64,000 nt of DNA from Methanotrichaceae archaeon (lineage in GTDB: Archaea > Halobacteriota > Methanosarcinia > Methanotrichales > Methanotrichaceae), in NCBI GenBank assembly GCA_963748825.1, contig CAVVKN010000018.1:1-64000 (forward strand). The letters are read 5' to 3'. This document shows, one piece after another, positions 51,001-60,252 of the stretch (the first letter of the stretch is position 1; every line of letters starts with the position of its first letter). The translations under genes were made by a program, and so were the position numbers. Under the pieces are notes generated by a model. It made no database searches. It saw only the letters and a program-made list of their open reading frames with translations, and was not told the origin of the DNA.

Positions 51001-51054
51001 CCCAACTTCCCGGAAAAAGGAATCTTAAATCTTGATATAAGAGGTGGACGATGA
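48049..51054 (+). CDS. Baseplate J/gp6-like wedge protein 1 (Afp11-like)
   Basis: YLAKDYASFRQL, LSYYQDAVATEAYL.TAR, LRFGDG..G..P, GG.DPE, QRAI...DY. Confidence 0.9.
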   Translation: MRNADLACKKEGRRKQIRKEATSEEGLNGIDYVEVVIKPKSSNSDPIKDVYLEVHLFKNIKNSIARENIIIEGGRRIRDVSVQESNPLGRKNDKVFKGFQIKLNKLGDFSQYTLRLVEVDVIKQPTDTPLKGFDPRYAQIDFSFRQGCSSDLDCKQKLICPTDRKEEPEINYLAKDYASFRQLILDRLSLVMPDWKERHVPDIGIALTEILAYTGDYLSYYQDAVATEAYLMTARQRISVRRHARLVDYIMHDGCNARAYVFVKTADNIDLDSREIFFISRKDDLARTSKAVIAREELIGVPENSYEVFQPIVEINEEPLNIENVNFSEDIIIKLREAEDPISQCIFKELSSDLQEQLKKFIPGSIIDEKIIAKLIQDLNRLIHLEILSRSLLEEIYPGQITGKMISLYKAHNEIPFYTWGNTECCLAKGATSAFLRDKWRNLPITNAAGGSPPLEEQQFNQLFQLFNFSPKNTHPEEQLKVDLDKLTKPEFRSLELKVGDILIFEEVADPKTGNRADRDIAHRQAVRLTKVELNYDPLLTTPEIVKKDKTETTIDIPTPVVDIEWDLEDALLFPLCISAIGPAPVCQLNEAISVARGNVILVEHGREVKEELGSVLVEEITGKCDCDYLPAETSRLPRRFRPKLSKAPLTFSQPLPINGSAKRFLEQDPRQAEPQIKLVGIPSRCSLDSLEWTSRSDLLSSESEDRHFVAEIDDDGQGILRFGDGDLGKMPDAGTYFSAIYRIGTGHSGNVGAESISCMVFKRNMKKGLVSEVRNPLPSQGGMDPESIQEVKLFAPGRFRQDLQRAIAADDYARLAERNPRVQRAAAIFHWMGGWYEVNVAVDPRGTDEASPDLLSEVKNYLEPFHRMGYDLRVVPVQYIPIEIDMTIVVKSEYLKGHVKAAMQDLFSSRLLPDGNMGYFHPDNLSFGVSIFLSKLAAAAQFVTGVENVCITKLQRLGSGPDHEMEKGVLEIGPLEIAQMNNDPNFPEKGILNLDIRGGR

Positions 51055-54000
51055 CAGAAATCTGCGGATGCTGCAAAGGCATTGAAGTCAAGACGCCGAT
51101 AGAGATATTTAATCGTCCAGGCTTAAACGGACTAGCCTACCGCATAGGCACCTATGCTAGCTTTATGGAGAGCATGAAGGCGAGGTTATCTGATCATGTA
51201 ATAAGCGTTCCCTGGATAACCGATGACAACGGAGAGCCTAAAGCTGTGGACGTATCTCCACTCAAGTACTTGATGATGCGGGAAGATGATCCGAGCATTG
51301 CCTTTATGGATGCTTGGGCCACTGTGGCAGATGTTTTGACCTTCTATCAGGAGCGCATTGCCAACGAGGGATACCTTCGAACGGCAACTGAACGCCTCTC
51401 TATTTTAGAGCTGGCCAGGCTGGTAGGATACAGACTCAGACCAGGGGTTTCTGCTACTGCATATCTGGCCTACACCATCGATGATGATAAGGCTGCCGAA
51501 ATACCGTTGAACGCCAGGTCTCAGAGCCTGCCGGAGCCGGGGGAGATGCCCCAGTCATTCGAGACCTCAGAAGTGCTGCAAGCCATGGGTGAGTGGAATA
51601 GCCTGAAGCCCAGAATGACCCGGCCCCAATATATTGATATCTGCAATGCTGAAACGGTAGATGTCCTCTATTTCAAAGGGATCTCTACCAATCTGAATCC
51701 CAACGATCCTCTGCTTTTCGAGTTCAGCAATAATCAACAGAATCAACAGGTCATCCGCTGGGTAAAGGAGGTTACTCCGGATCCCAAGACCAACACCACC
51801 AAGGTTGATCTTCTGGTATACTTGACGCCAGCTGCTATAATTAATGCTATAGCTCGTACAGTTAATATGTATCTCGATTTAGAATCATACTGCGTTTCAC
51901 CTGACAATGAAATTGCAATAAGAGTAATAGAATTCCTTCAAGAAATTAAAGTCGTAATAGATGAGTGCAATACTAGCGATAAAAGCGATACAATGTGCCA
52001 TGACGAGCTAATTGAAATCATAAAAAATTTTGATGAAAAGATTCCTAGCGATGTTGGACAGAATCCTCTAATAAAATTTTGGATATCTTCGCTTAAGACA
52101 GACCTGGAGGGATATCTTCCCACGGTATCATGGAGTTCTTCAATAGCTATGCTTGCAGGCGAAGGCATTAGGCGTGGAGTAAGAATTTCTGCTGCCCGAA
52201 ACTTGGAAGCATATAATGAGGTGTCCACTATTATAGCGGGTCTGGATGCAGCTCGAGTTCCACTTATGAAGAAAAGGTCGATACAGCCACGAAGCTCGAG
52301 ATATATAAATTTGCATGCCAGAGAACTCTATGCCCCACAGGCAGAAATCGGGACAAGGATGCTGAAGATCATGTATCCGAGGCTGGTGGATACTCTGGAT
52401 CGCGCTCTATCGAATGCCAGAGTCACAGCGCCCTCGAACCTGATAAGCGTCAATGCTTTTCGGGCCAAAGCTAGGCCGTTTGGCAATAATGCTCCGCAAA
52501 AACCGATCTACAATGACAAAGGCGCGATTAGAGGCTATGACGAGTGGCAACTTGCGTTAAAAGGGATAAAAAATATTAGAATTGATCTAATATTTAATAG
52601 GAAACCATTATCCTCGACGGCAGGAGTAACATATGATGATTCACTCGATGTATTTTTTAAAGAGATAGAGATTCAAGGTGAATTAGGTGCATCATTTAAA
52701 TTTGGAAAGAATGATGAGCTGAACTTAGAAATCAAAGCATATGTTGATAATTCTTTGTCAAATTATTTTTCTGAGTTTCATTTTTCTGGACCCATAAATC
52801 TCGATTTAAAAATTGAGGGTTATAACTCCATGAAAACCGATTTCTACTTCAACACTGAGAATTTCACTCTAAAGGTGGGCAACACACATATTATTTCAAA
52901 AAGCGCCGAAAGAATAGTAACATCAGTTAAAACGTATGACAACATTTCGATATTTTATGGAATACCCTTGAAGCCAGGAGAATATATTCAAAATATCCTA
53001 ACCTTAGATGCCCCTTACGAAAAGATCACTCCAGGGAGCTGGGTGCTTATCGACCGCCCTAATTCCAATCCAGGCCATGAAATTAGGAGATTCAAGGCAC
53101 AAGAGGCAAGAACTGTTTCTGAGGCTAATTACGGTATCACCGCTTCGGCTACGCAGCTCAGTCTAAAGCCGATGGAAAGTGGCAAAAACTGGCTCGAGTC
53201 CGATGACCTCACAATCTCCGTACTCCGAGGATCTACCGTATACGCCCAGAGCGAGATGCTCGAGCTTGCCGATGAGCCGATTGACCCCGAGCTTGAACCA
53301 GTATGCGGTGATGTCATCGAACTTGACCGCCTCTACACCGGCCTCGATCCAGGCAGGAGGCTTATCGTATCCGGTGAGCGCCTGGATGTTACCGGCACCA
53401 CAGGAGTCAGAGACGGCGAGCTGGTAATGCTGGCCGGAGTTACTCAGGACGTCATGAAAGTAAATTCTTTTATACCGATAGCTGAAAAAGAAAGATGCAA
53501 ACAGGAAGTTGATAAACAGAACAACTCTGTTCAAATTGGCTTGCCAGGAGATAAGACTCATACCTTCATAAAGCTGGCCAAGAAGCTGGCCTATGTCTAT
53601 AAGCGCGATACAGTAACCATCTATGGCAACGTCGTTAAGGCAACGCATGGGGAGACGAGAAACAACGAAGTTCTTGGCAGTGGTGATGCCAGCAAGTCAA
53701 TCCAGAGGCTTGCACTGCACCAGTCGCCCCTCACCTATGTCGCTGCAAATACTCCATCCGGCGCGAAAAGCACCTTGCAGGTCAGAGTGAATGATGTACT
53801 ATGGCACGAAGTCGATACAATGGCAGGCTTAAGGCCGAATGATCGCAATTATGTAATCTTTACCGATGACGAAGATAGGACCACTGTCGTATTTGGCGAT
53901 GGCAAGCAGGGGCTGCGACCGCCAACCGGAGTTGAGAATATCAGGGGCGTTTACAGAACGGGCATCGGCAAGGGAGGCAATGTAAAGGCCGAGAAGATCA

Positions 54001-54764
54001 GCCAGATGATGACCAGGCCCCTTAACGCCAAGAGCGTGATCAATCCCATGCGCGCCTCAGGAGGCGCAGACAGAGAGAACCTTCATCGAGCCAGGAAAAA
54101 TACCCCTCTGGCATTGATGGCCCTGGATCGCCTGGTCTCTGTGCAGGATTATAGCGATTTTACAAGGACATTTGCAGGCATTGAAAAAGCCAGCGCCGTT
54201 CGCATCTCCGATGGCAATAAGCAGCTGATTCATATCACCATAGCCGGAGCAGACGACATACCTATCGATGAGGATTCCGACCTCTATCGGAATCTGCTTT
54301 CAGCACTTATTGATTATGGTGATCCGGATCAGCCGGTAACGGTTGAGTTGCGAGATCTGATGCTTCTTCTGCTCAAGGCCGAGGTCAAGGTGCTGCCGGA
54401 CTACAAATGGGATTTCGTAGAGCCAAAGATCAGAGAAGCTCTGCTGGATGCATTTGGATTCGAAAAGAGAGAGCTGGGACAGGATGTCTACCTTAGCGAG
54501 GTTCTCAGCGTCATGCAAAATGTGGAAGGAGTAGGATATGTGGATGTGAATATATTGGATAGTATATCGGAAAAAACTTCCACTGACAATATTATGAACA
54601 TATATGAATCGAAATTGAAATCGAATCAACCCAGGCAATATATTAAAGCCAACCTGGCGATGCCCCCGACAAGCATCAATGCCGAGATATCTCCAGCGCA
54701 ACTGGCAATCTTCAGCCCGGATGCACCCCGCACCCTCGATCTGACGGAGGCGAAGAACTTATGA
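51051..54764 (+). CDS. Baseplate J/gp6-like wedge protein 2
   Basis: DVLTFYQERIANEGYLRTATE, VFGDG..G.RPPTG, GGADRE, DRLVSVQDY. Confidence 0.9.
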   Translation: MTEICGCCKGIEVKTPIEIFNRPGLNGLAYRIGTYASFMESMKARLSDHVISVPWITDDNGEPKAVDVSPLKYLMMREDDPSIAFMDAWATVADVLTFYQERIANEGYLRTATERLSILELARLVGYRLRPGVSATAYLAYTIDDDKAAEIPLNARSQSLPEPGEMPQSFETSEVLQAMGEWNSLKPRMTRPQYIDICNAETVDVLYFKGISTNLNPNDPLLFEFSNNQQNQQVIRWVKEVTPDPKTNTTKVDLLVYLTPAAIINAIARTVNMYLDLESYCVSPDNEIAIRVIEFLQEIKVVIDECNTSDKSDTMCHDELIEIIKNFDEKIPSDVGQNPLIKFWISSLKTDLEGYLPTVSWSSSIAMLAGEGIRRGVRISAARNLEAYNEVSTIIAGLDAARVPLMKKRSIQPRSSRYINLHARELYAPQAEIGTRMLKIMYPRLVDTLDRALSNARVTAPSNLISVNAFRAKARPFGNNAPQKPIYNDKGAIRGYDEWQLALKGIKNIRIDLIFNRKPLSSTAGVTYDDSLDVFFKEIEIQGELGASFKFGKNDELNLEIKAYVDNSLSNYFSEFHFSGPINLDLKIEGYNSMKTDFYFNTENFTLKVGNTHIISKSAERIVTSVKTYDNISIFYGIPLKPGEYIQNILTLDAPYEKITPGSWVLIDRPNSNPGHEIRRFKAQEARTVSEANYGITASATQLSLKPMESGKNWLESDDLTISVLRGSTVYAQSEMLELADEPIDPELEPVCGDVIELDRLYTGLDPGRRLIVSGERLDVTGTTGVRDGELVMLAGVTQDVMKVNSFIPIAEKERCKQEVDKQNNSVQIGLPGDKTHTFIKLAKKLAYVYKRDTVTIYGNVVKATHGETRNNEVLGSGDASKSIQRLALHQSPLTYVAANTPSGAKSTLQVRVNDVLWHEVDTMAGLRPNDRNYVIFTDDEDRTTVVFGDGKQGLRPPTGVENIRGVYRTGIGKGGNVKAEKISQMMTRPLNAKSVINPMRASGGADRENLHRARKNTPLALMALDRLVSVQDYSDFTRTFAGIEKASAVRISDGNKQLIHITIAGADDIPIDEDSDLYRNLLSALIDYGDPDQPVTVELRDLMLLLLKAEVKVLPDYKWDFVEPKIREALLDAFGFEKRELGQDVYLSEVLSVMQNVEGVGYVDVNILDSISEKTSTDNIMNIYESKLKSNQPRQYIKANLAMPPTSINAEISPAQLAIFSPDAPRTLDLTEAKNL

Positions 54765-56938
54765 ATATAGATAGGTTGTACAATCTCTTGCCGGCAATAT
54801 ACCGCATTCGTGATTCCGAGCAAGGTTATCCCTTGCGCTCGCTCTTGAGGGTGATAGCAGAGCAAGTGGACTTGGTCGAAGAGGATATCTACCAGCTCTA
54901 CGAGAACTGGTTCATTGAGACCTGCCAGGATTGGGTGGTTCCTTACATTGGTGATCTGGTCGGCTATAAGCAGGTTCACATAGCCGGAGAAGCTGATGTG
55001 ACTGCCACCTCCCAGAATCAGCAGCGCCATAAGATATTGATCCCTCGCAGAGATGTTGCCAATACCATCAAGCATCGGAGGCGCAAGGGAACATTATCTG
55101 TACTAGAGCAGATAGCAGAGGACGTCTCTGGCTGGCGGATTAGGGCGGTTGAGTCATATAAATGCTTGGCCTATAACCAGAATATAAATCACCTTTATCT
55201 GGAAAGAGGCAGAACTGTAAATTTGCGGAATTCAGAGGCCTTAGCGAATATAAATGGACCATTCGACCAACAGGCACATTTTGTTGAGATTTCAGGATCG
55301 AATGGCGGGAGAAGGACATACCATCTTAATGGAGTGGATGTCTTTGTCTGGAGGACAAGAGCATATTCTGTAACTGAAACAGAGGCCAAGAAGATCAAGG
55401 GGAAAAACCTCTTTACCTTCTCTGCCTTGGGCAACGAATCACCATTATTTGCCAAGCCAATTCACGGCCGGACTTCTGATGAATCAGGCGTTCCGATGCC
55501 TATCAGCCGCCAAGAACTAAGTGCGCACTTAGACAGATACTACGACATAATGGGGGACAGGAGTTTCAGGATCCGGAAGCTCATGGAGGGCGAAAATGTT
55601 TGGCAAACTGTTGATCCAAAGCATATCGTCTCCGCTGACTTGAAGAATCGTAGAATCTTAGAAGACAAAGAGTCCGGATTTGCAGTAGATCCCGATACAG
55701 TGGCAGTAGATCCGGAATTGGGGAAGGTCGCGTTCTTAGATCAAGTACCCGAACGGGTAAAAGTCTCTTATTACTATGGCTTTGCTGATGCAATCGGTGG
55801 TGGTGAGTACAACCGCTCTCTTTCTCAAGCCAAGGAATATAAGCTATACAGAGTAGGTCGCGACTGGTTCGAGAACATCAGTGCGGCCCTCAAAAAATGG
55901 GATGAGGAAAAGAAGAGCGAAGAGGATAAGGACGAAAAAGGCACAGTAAATGCATTAATTGAGATACTTGAAAGCGGATTATACGAAGAAAGATACGAAG
56001 AAAATTATGAAGAAAATAAAAAAATCAATATTCACTTAAATAAGAATGAAAGCCTGCAAATCAGAGCAGCGAATGGAGTCAGGCCGATCATCGAACTTGG
56101 AAACGATCTAAATGTAACGGGTGCAGAAGGAAGCAGCTTCACTATTGATGGTCTTATCATTGCAGGAGGGGCTCTCTCAATAAATGGCGAGGTTGCCAGG
56201 CTGGCAGTAAGACATTCTACTGTTGTGCCCGGCTTGGTTATCCCTTCAAACTGTAAGCCCAATCAATGCGTGTCCAGCATCAATATCCATGGCATGAAAG
56301 GTTGCTTATTTATAGAGAATAGCATAATTGGCCCCATCAATGTCGACAAAGGAACATTGGAGCCCATTTCTATTTCCATCAAGAACAGCATTTTAGATTC
56401 TCTGCATGCAGACCAAAAAATTGCGTCTTTGAGTTCCTCGTTTGGTTCTACGGCGCTTGCTGAGTTGAACATTCGCAACAGCACATTGTTGGGAAAGGTT
56501 CTGGTTCATTCCATAAAACTTGCTGAGAATACGATATTTCAGGGGAATGTGGAGGTCGCTCGCAGACAGGAAGGATGCATCCGTTTTTGCTATGTTCGAC
56601 CGGAATCAAGGACCCCGCAAAAGTTCAATTGTCAGCCTGATTTGACTTCCAAAGGGCTTAGCGGCATTGAAAAAATGCGGGCGGATGAGAGGGTCAAGCC
56701 GAGATTCATCAGCACCAAATACGGAAGCCCTTGGTATTGCGTACTTTCTGAGGACTGTGCAGATGAGATAAAGCGTGGTGCAGATGACGAGTCGGAGATG
56801 GGGGTCATGCATGACCTATACCGCCCACAGCGAGAAGCTAACCTGCATGATCGTCTTGAGGAGTTTACACCTGCAGATATGGAGATTGGAATAGTATTCA
56901 TGGGCGAAGAGGAAATTCAGGAGGATAATCAATTATGA
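54761..56938 (+). CDS. Baseplate/tail protein (P2 gpI-like N-terminus) with C-terminal beta-helix
   Basis: LY.LLPAIYR.RD, WFIETC..WVVPYIGDL, RRRKGT, EMG..H. Confidence 0.75.
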   Translation: MNIDRLYNLLPAIYRIRDSEQGYPLRSLLRVIAEQVDLVEEDIYQLYENWFIETCQDWVVPYIGDLVGYKQVHIAGEADVTATSQNQQRHKILIPRRDVANTIKHRRRKGTLSVLEQIAEDVSGWRIRAVESYKCLAYNQNINHLYLERGRTVNLRNSEALANINGPFDQQAHFVEISGSNGGRRTYHLNGVDVFVWRTRAYSVTETEAKKIKGKNLFTFSALGNESPLFAKPIHGRTSDESGVPMPISRQELSAHLDRYYDIMGDRSFRIRKLMEGENVWQTVDPKHIVSADLKNRRILEDKESGFAVDPDTVAVDPELGKVAFLDQVPERVKVSYYYGFADAIGGGEYNRSLSQAKEYKLYRVGRDWFENISAALKKWDEEKKSEEDKDEKGTVNALIEILESGLYEERYEENYEENKKINIHLNKNESLQIRAANGVRPIIELGNDLNVTGAEGSSFTIDGLIIAGGALSINGEVARLAVRHSTVVPGLVIPSNCKPNQCVSSINIHGMKGCLFIENSIIGPINVDKGTLEPISISIKNSILDSLHADQKIASLSSSFGSTALAELNIRNSTLLGKVLVHSIKLAENTIFQGNVEVARRQEGCIRFCYVRPESRTPQKFNCQPDLTSKGLSGIEKMRADERVKPRFISTKYGSPWYCVLSEDCADEIKRGADDESEMGVMHDLYRPQREANLHDRLEEFTPADMEIGIVFMGEEEIQEDNQL

Positions 56939-58338
56939 ATGGCGAATTTAGAGGAGATTTTACCCGCGACAGCTTCGATCCAAAAAAGCACTTCAGCCAG
57001 GTGATGATGCAGCAGGGCAGGGTGATGTTGGATTCCGAATTCAACGAGCTGCAGCAAATCCTAACGCACCAATTGCGGACACTTGCTAAGACTTTAATAG
57101 GAGATCATGGCGGATTCGACAAAGGTTTCGAGATAGAAGTACCAACAAAAACAGATGAATCAAAAAACAAATTCAAAATACACCGGGGCTCCTATTATGT
57201 GGATGGAATATTATGCGAAAATGAAGAAGAACTAAATTATTCAGAACAATATTGGGCAGAAGAGCTTCCGAAACCTAATGATCTACGTTATTACCTCGTA
57301 TATCTGGATGCATGGGAGCGCAGCATAGGCAAGATACAGGACGAATCCGTTCTAGAGAGGGCTCTGGATGGAGTGGATACAGCGGCAAGATCCAAGATTG
57401 AATGGATAGTAAGAACCAAATATGTAGACTATTCAAGAAGCGAAAAAAAGCGCTTCTATGACGAAAATGGAGAGCCTTTGGACGAATTAAAGGATTTAAT
57501 AGATGGAGGCAAAGTCAAAGGCAGCTTGAAAGCTCAAATCAAAGAGTTAGAAGTTGCCGAAGATCTTTGCCAAATATCTACTTTTTCGGAACTTAAAGGA
57601 TTGCCTAATCTGCTTTATAGAGTAGAGGTTCATAGAAAAGGCAAAGCTTACAAAGAAGAGGTAATAGATCCAGATCCTGCAGCTACCTTTAAATGGTCTA
57701 GAATGAATGGGTCTGTAGATTTTGTAATCGATAAAATTGGTAGTCCGGCCGAAAACAATGATCAGACACTTATAGTTGATTTGAAACAAGATCTGGCAAA
57801 GGATAAGGACTTCGTATTGGCGAAAGGCGATTGGGTTGAGATTGTTGACGATAAAAGCGTGCTTAAAGGAAAGACGTTCCCTCTATGGCAGGTCCAAGAG
57901 ATAGAGAGCAGAATTGTAACTCTAAAACGCGAGATACCTAAACCTAAGAATGGCGGAGAGAATTCAGACGAATTTTGTGCCAAGAAAAATCCGCTCTTGA
58001 GACGGTGGGACCATAAAGGAGAATCAATAAAATCAAAGAACGGGGGAGTTTTGCTTTCGGAAGGAGCCTTATTGATAGAGGAAGGTAAAGACATCAATCT
58101 TGAAAATAATATTCAGATTACATTCACGGGTGGTGAATATAAATCAGGAGATTATTGGATAATTCCTGCACGTCAGGCAACGGGGGGAATTGACTGGCCA
58201 GAGGGAGAATTTTTGTCTCCGCATGGTGTTGAGCATCATATTGCCCCCCTTGCATTTATATCAATAAAGAACGATATAACAACATTTGCAGGTAGTTACC
58301 GTCGTGTGCCAAAAGAAAATTTTACTGAAGAAGATTAA
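56935..58338 (+). CDS. DUF6519-type eCIS baseplate/fibre-attachment protein
   Basis: GDFTRDSFDP.KHFS.V.MQQGRV.LD, YYVDGILCE, LYRVEVH, GDYWIIPAR.ATG. Confidence 0.8.
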   Translation: MNGEFRGDFTRDSFDPKKHFSQVMMQQGRVMLDSEFNELQQILTHQLRTLAKTLIGDHGGFDKGFEIEVPTKTDESKNKFKIHRGSYYVDGILCENEEELNYSEQYWAEELPKPNDLRYYLVYLDAWERSIGKIQDESVLERALDGVDTAARSKIEWIVRTKYVDYSRSEKKRFYDENGEPLDELKDLIDGGKVKGSLKAQIKELEVAEDLCQISTFSELKGLPNLLYRVEVHRKGKAYKEEVIDPDPAATFKWSRMNGSVDFVIDKIGSPAENNDQTLIVDLKQDLAKDKDFVLAKGDWVEIVDDKSVLKGKTFPLWQVQEIESRIVTLKREIPKPKNGGENSDEFCAKKNPLLRRWDHKGESIKSKNGGVLLSEGALLIEEGKDINLENNIQITFTGGEYKSGDYWIIPARQATGGIDWPEGEFLSPHGVEHHIAPLAFISIKNDITTFAGSYRRVPKENFTEED

Positions 58339-58612
58339 ATAAAAGCAATTCGTTGGATAATTGTGGCTATTCAAGAGGAGCTGCTCAGTCTTCAATTTTT
58401 GAATGCAATATGAGCGGTTTATAACTTTACGAGACCAGTTAAATCATTAAAGAGTGGAGGTCAATAATGATGAGCGACGTTGGGAGCCAAGATCCCCTGC
58501 TATGGCAGCAGGGATAACTGATCATATTTGGACAATTGGCGAGATTATAATGATGTTAGTTGTTCCTGAAAGTAACAACGCATAATGGGGGGATTACCGG
58601 AGATTGGGAAAG

Positions 58613-58828
58613 ATGACTGAGTATCTGATTATCATTGAAAAGGCTGAAAATAATTATGCAGCATATTGCCCGGATTTGCCCGGCGTCATTGCCACCGGCC
58701 CAACGAAAAAAGAAACGCTGGAACTGATGAAAGAGGCAATAGAATTCCACCTGGAAGGGTTGAAGGCCGAGCACCTCAGCATCCCTGAGCCTACTACCAC
58801 TGCTGCTTCAGTGGATGTAAGTGTGTAA
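58613..58828 (+). CDS. HicB-family antitoxin (orphan)
   Basis: YAAYCPDLPGVIATG.T..E....MKEAIEFHLEG. Confidence 0.88.
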   Translation: MTEYLIIIEKAENNYAAYCPDLPGVIATGPTKKETLELMKEAIEFHLEGLKAEHLSIPEPTTTAASVDVSV

Positions 58829-58853
58829 ACGCTGGATCTTATTTTTACGGTCT

Positions 58854-59168
58854 CAGCGCCGGGCAGCCGCAGGGCCGTGGTTGCTGCCGTTGCCGCTGGT
58901 CCCGGCTGCGTTCGTGCCGCCGCCTGTGGGCCGGGCCGTCCGGGACTGCGGCGCTATCGTTAGGGCGGGCAGGAGCCCGGTTGGGCCTGAGAGCCAGGTG
59001 GCGCTGAACTCCGGCGGAGGTAATTTTCAGGATGCTGGGTTTTAGGAAACTGTGGTGATTTGCGATTACTATTAGATGATAATTATAGCCGAACAATTAC
59101 GAATATAACCGCAGAGGCGCAGAGCACGCGGAGGACGAACGAACGGAGACGACTATTGCTCAGGAGCA
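58854..59168 (+). repeat. GC-rich interspersed repeat, long copy A (near-identical to 62140-62455)
   Basis: cagcgccgggcagccgc...gactattgctcaggagca is shared with the copy at 62140. Confidence 0.9.
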
Positions 59169-59220
59169 TACAAATATTAAGCAGTAGCAATAACCTTTGC
59201 AGAAGGAAGCGGTGGTTTGA

Positions 59221-59445
59221 TTGCTTGTGAAGTTTGAGGTTTACTTTGATGGAGAGAACTGGTGCGCTCGTGGAATAAGTGTCGGTATATTCACACAAGG
59301 AAAAACCCTTGATGAGCTAACTGAAAATATAAAAGAGGCAACTAGTCTGCATTTTGAAGATATTCTTGAATCTGGTGAAGAGCTGAAGATCTTATCGATT
59401 TCTGAATTTGAGGTGCAGCCTCTTGCAAAAGCGTCCGGTTGTTAG
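59221..59445 (+). CDS. HicB-family antitoxin
   Basis: IFTQGKTLDELTENIKEATSLHFE. Confidence 0.85.
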   Translation: MLVKFEVYFDGENWCARGISVGIFTQGKTLDELTENIKEATSLHFEDILESGEELKILSISEFEVQPLAKASGC

Positions 59446-59671
59446 CGGCGAGAAGCTCCTCAAAGTGCTCGTTCGACTGGGCTATGAAATCATTCGGCAG
59501 AGAGGAAGTCACGTCAGGCTGAGAAAGCTAACTGCCGCAGGAGATCATAATATCACGGTTCCTTTGCACGACGAGCTGGCGAAGGGTACATTAAACGACA
59601 CTTTATCTCAGGTATCCATCTGGAATGGGATTTCGGAGGATGCCTTGATAGAAATGATTAGGCAATCATAA
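59423..59671 (+). CDS. HicA-family mRNA interferase toxin
   Basis: RQRGSHVRL...ITVPLHDELAKGTL; TTG start after gaggtg. Confidence 0.9.
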   Translation: MQKRPVVSGEKLLKVLVRLGYEIIRQRGSHVRLRKLTAAGDHNITVPLHDELAKGTLNDTLSQVSIWNGISEDALIEMIRQS

Positions 59672-59698
59672 ACCAAACGACCAAAGAAGAAATCTAAT

Positions 59699-59895
59699 TG
59701 CAGTCTCCAGCTTAGCGATTTTTGCGGGCTACCGGCAGCAGCACCGGGCAGCCGCAGGGTCGTGGTTGCTGCCGGCGCTCGGTTCCCGGCTGCCGCTCGT
59801 GGCCGTCGCATGTGGTCCGGGCTTGCTGCGCTATCGTCCTGGCGAGCTGGCTTGCCAACCATGCACTCGTGCAAGGGGGCAGGAGGCCGGTTGGG
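59699..59895 (+). repeat. GC-rich interspersed repeat, copy B
   Basis: taccggcagcagc.ccgggcagccgcaggg.cgtggttgctgccggcgctcgg core. Confidence 0.85.
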
Positions 59896-59982
59896 AATGA
59901 CGCCTTTCGATGCAATTTGTCTTTTAGTTAACTTTTAATAGCAAGCTGTACATAAATTAACGGAAATCGAATAGTAATTACT

Positions 59983-60252
59983 ATGGGGTTAATCATGTCG
60001 GTAGAGGTTTCTGTAAACTCGGCCAAAAAGAATCTCGAAGATATTCTAGCGAAGCTATCTCCTGGTGAGACAGCTACTCTGATCGGCCCTGAGGGCAGAC
60101 CCATGGCCGTACTGGTTCCACTAAGATCTTCTGAGGATGTGGCAGCGGAAATTGACTGGGATGCAGAGTGGCAGGCCTTGGCCCATGAAATCGATTCAGC
60201 ATGGAAGAGCGAGAAGAGTGCTTTGGAGATTCTTGCCGAGATGAGGAGATGA
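59983..60252 (+). CDS. Phd/YefM-like antitoxin
   Basis: VSVNSAKKNL..IL......E...I...GRPMAVLVP; coupled to the PIN gene. Confidence 0.75.
   Translation: MGLIMSVEVSVNSAKKNLEDILAKLSPGETATLIGPEGRPMAVLVPLRSSEDVAAEIDWDAEWQALAHEIDSAWKSEKSALEILAEMRR

Larger units (their letters stand above)
31424..58338 (+). other. Extracellular contractile injection system (eCIS, Afp/PVC-like) operon
   Basis: Co-oriented, largely overlapping genes for sheath, tube, DUF4255 cap, AAA ATPase, DUF4157 effectors, tube initiator, LysM, hub, spike, PAAR-like tip, gp25 and baseplates; no capsid, terminase or portal. Confidence 0.93.

Noticed and set aside
55981-56017. YEER-YEEN-YEEN short tandem duplication
   Set aside because: Short imperfect in-frame slippage in a charged loop; no evidence of function
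31424-58338. Prophage or type VI secretion system
   Set aside because: No capsid, portal, terminase, integrase or replication genes; no TssJLM, TssK, ClpV or split TssB/C sheath. DUF4255, an Afp15-like ATPase and DUF4157 indicate an eCIS.
58490-58516. Hairpin atcccctgct-atggc-agcagggat after the eCIS, as an IS605 end or terminator
   Set aside because: Single imperfect stem with no partner end or T-tract; cannot be assigned
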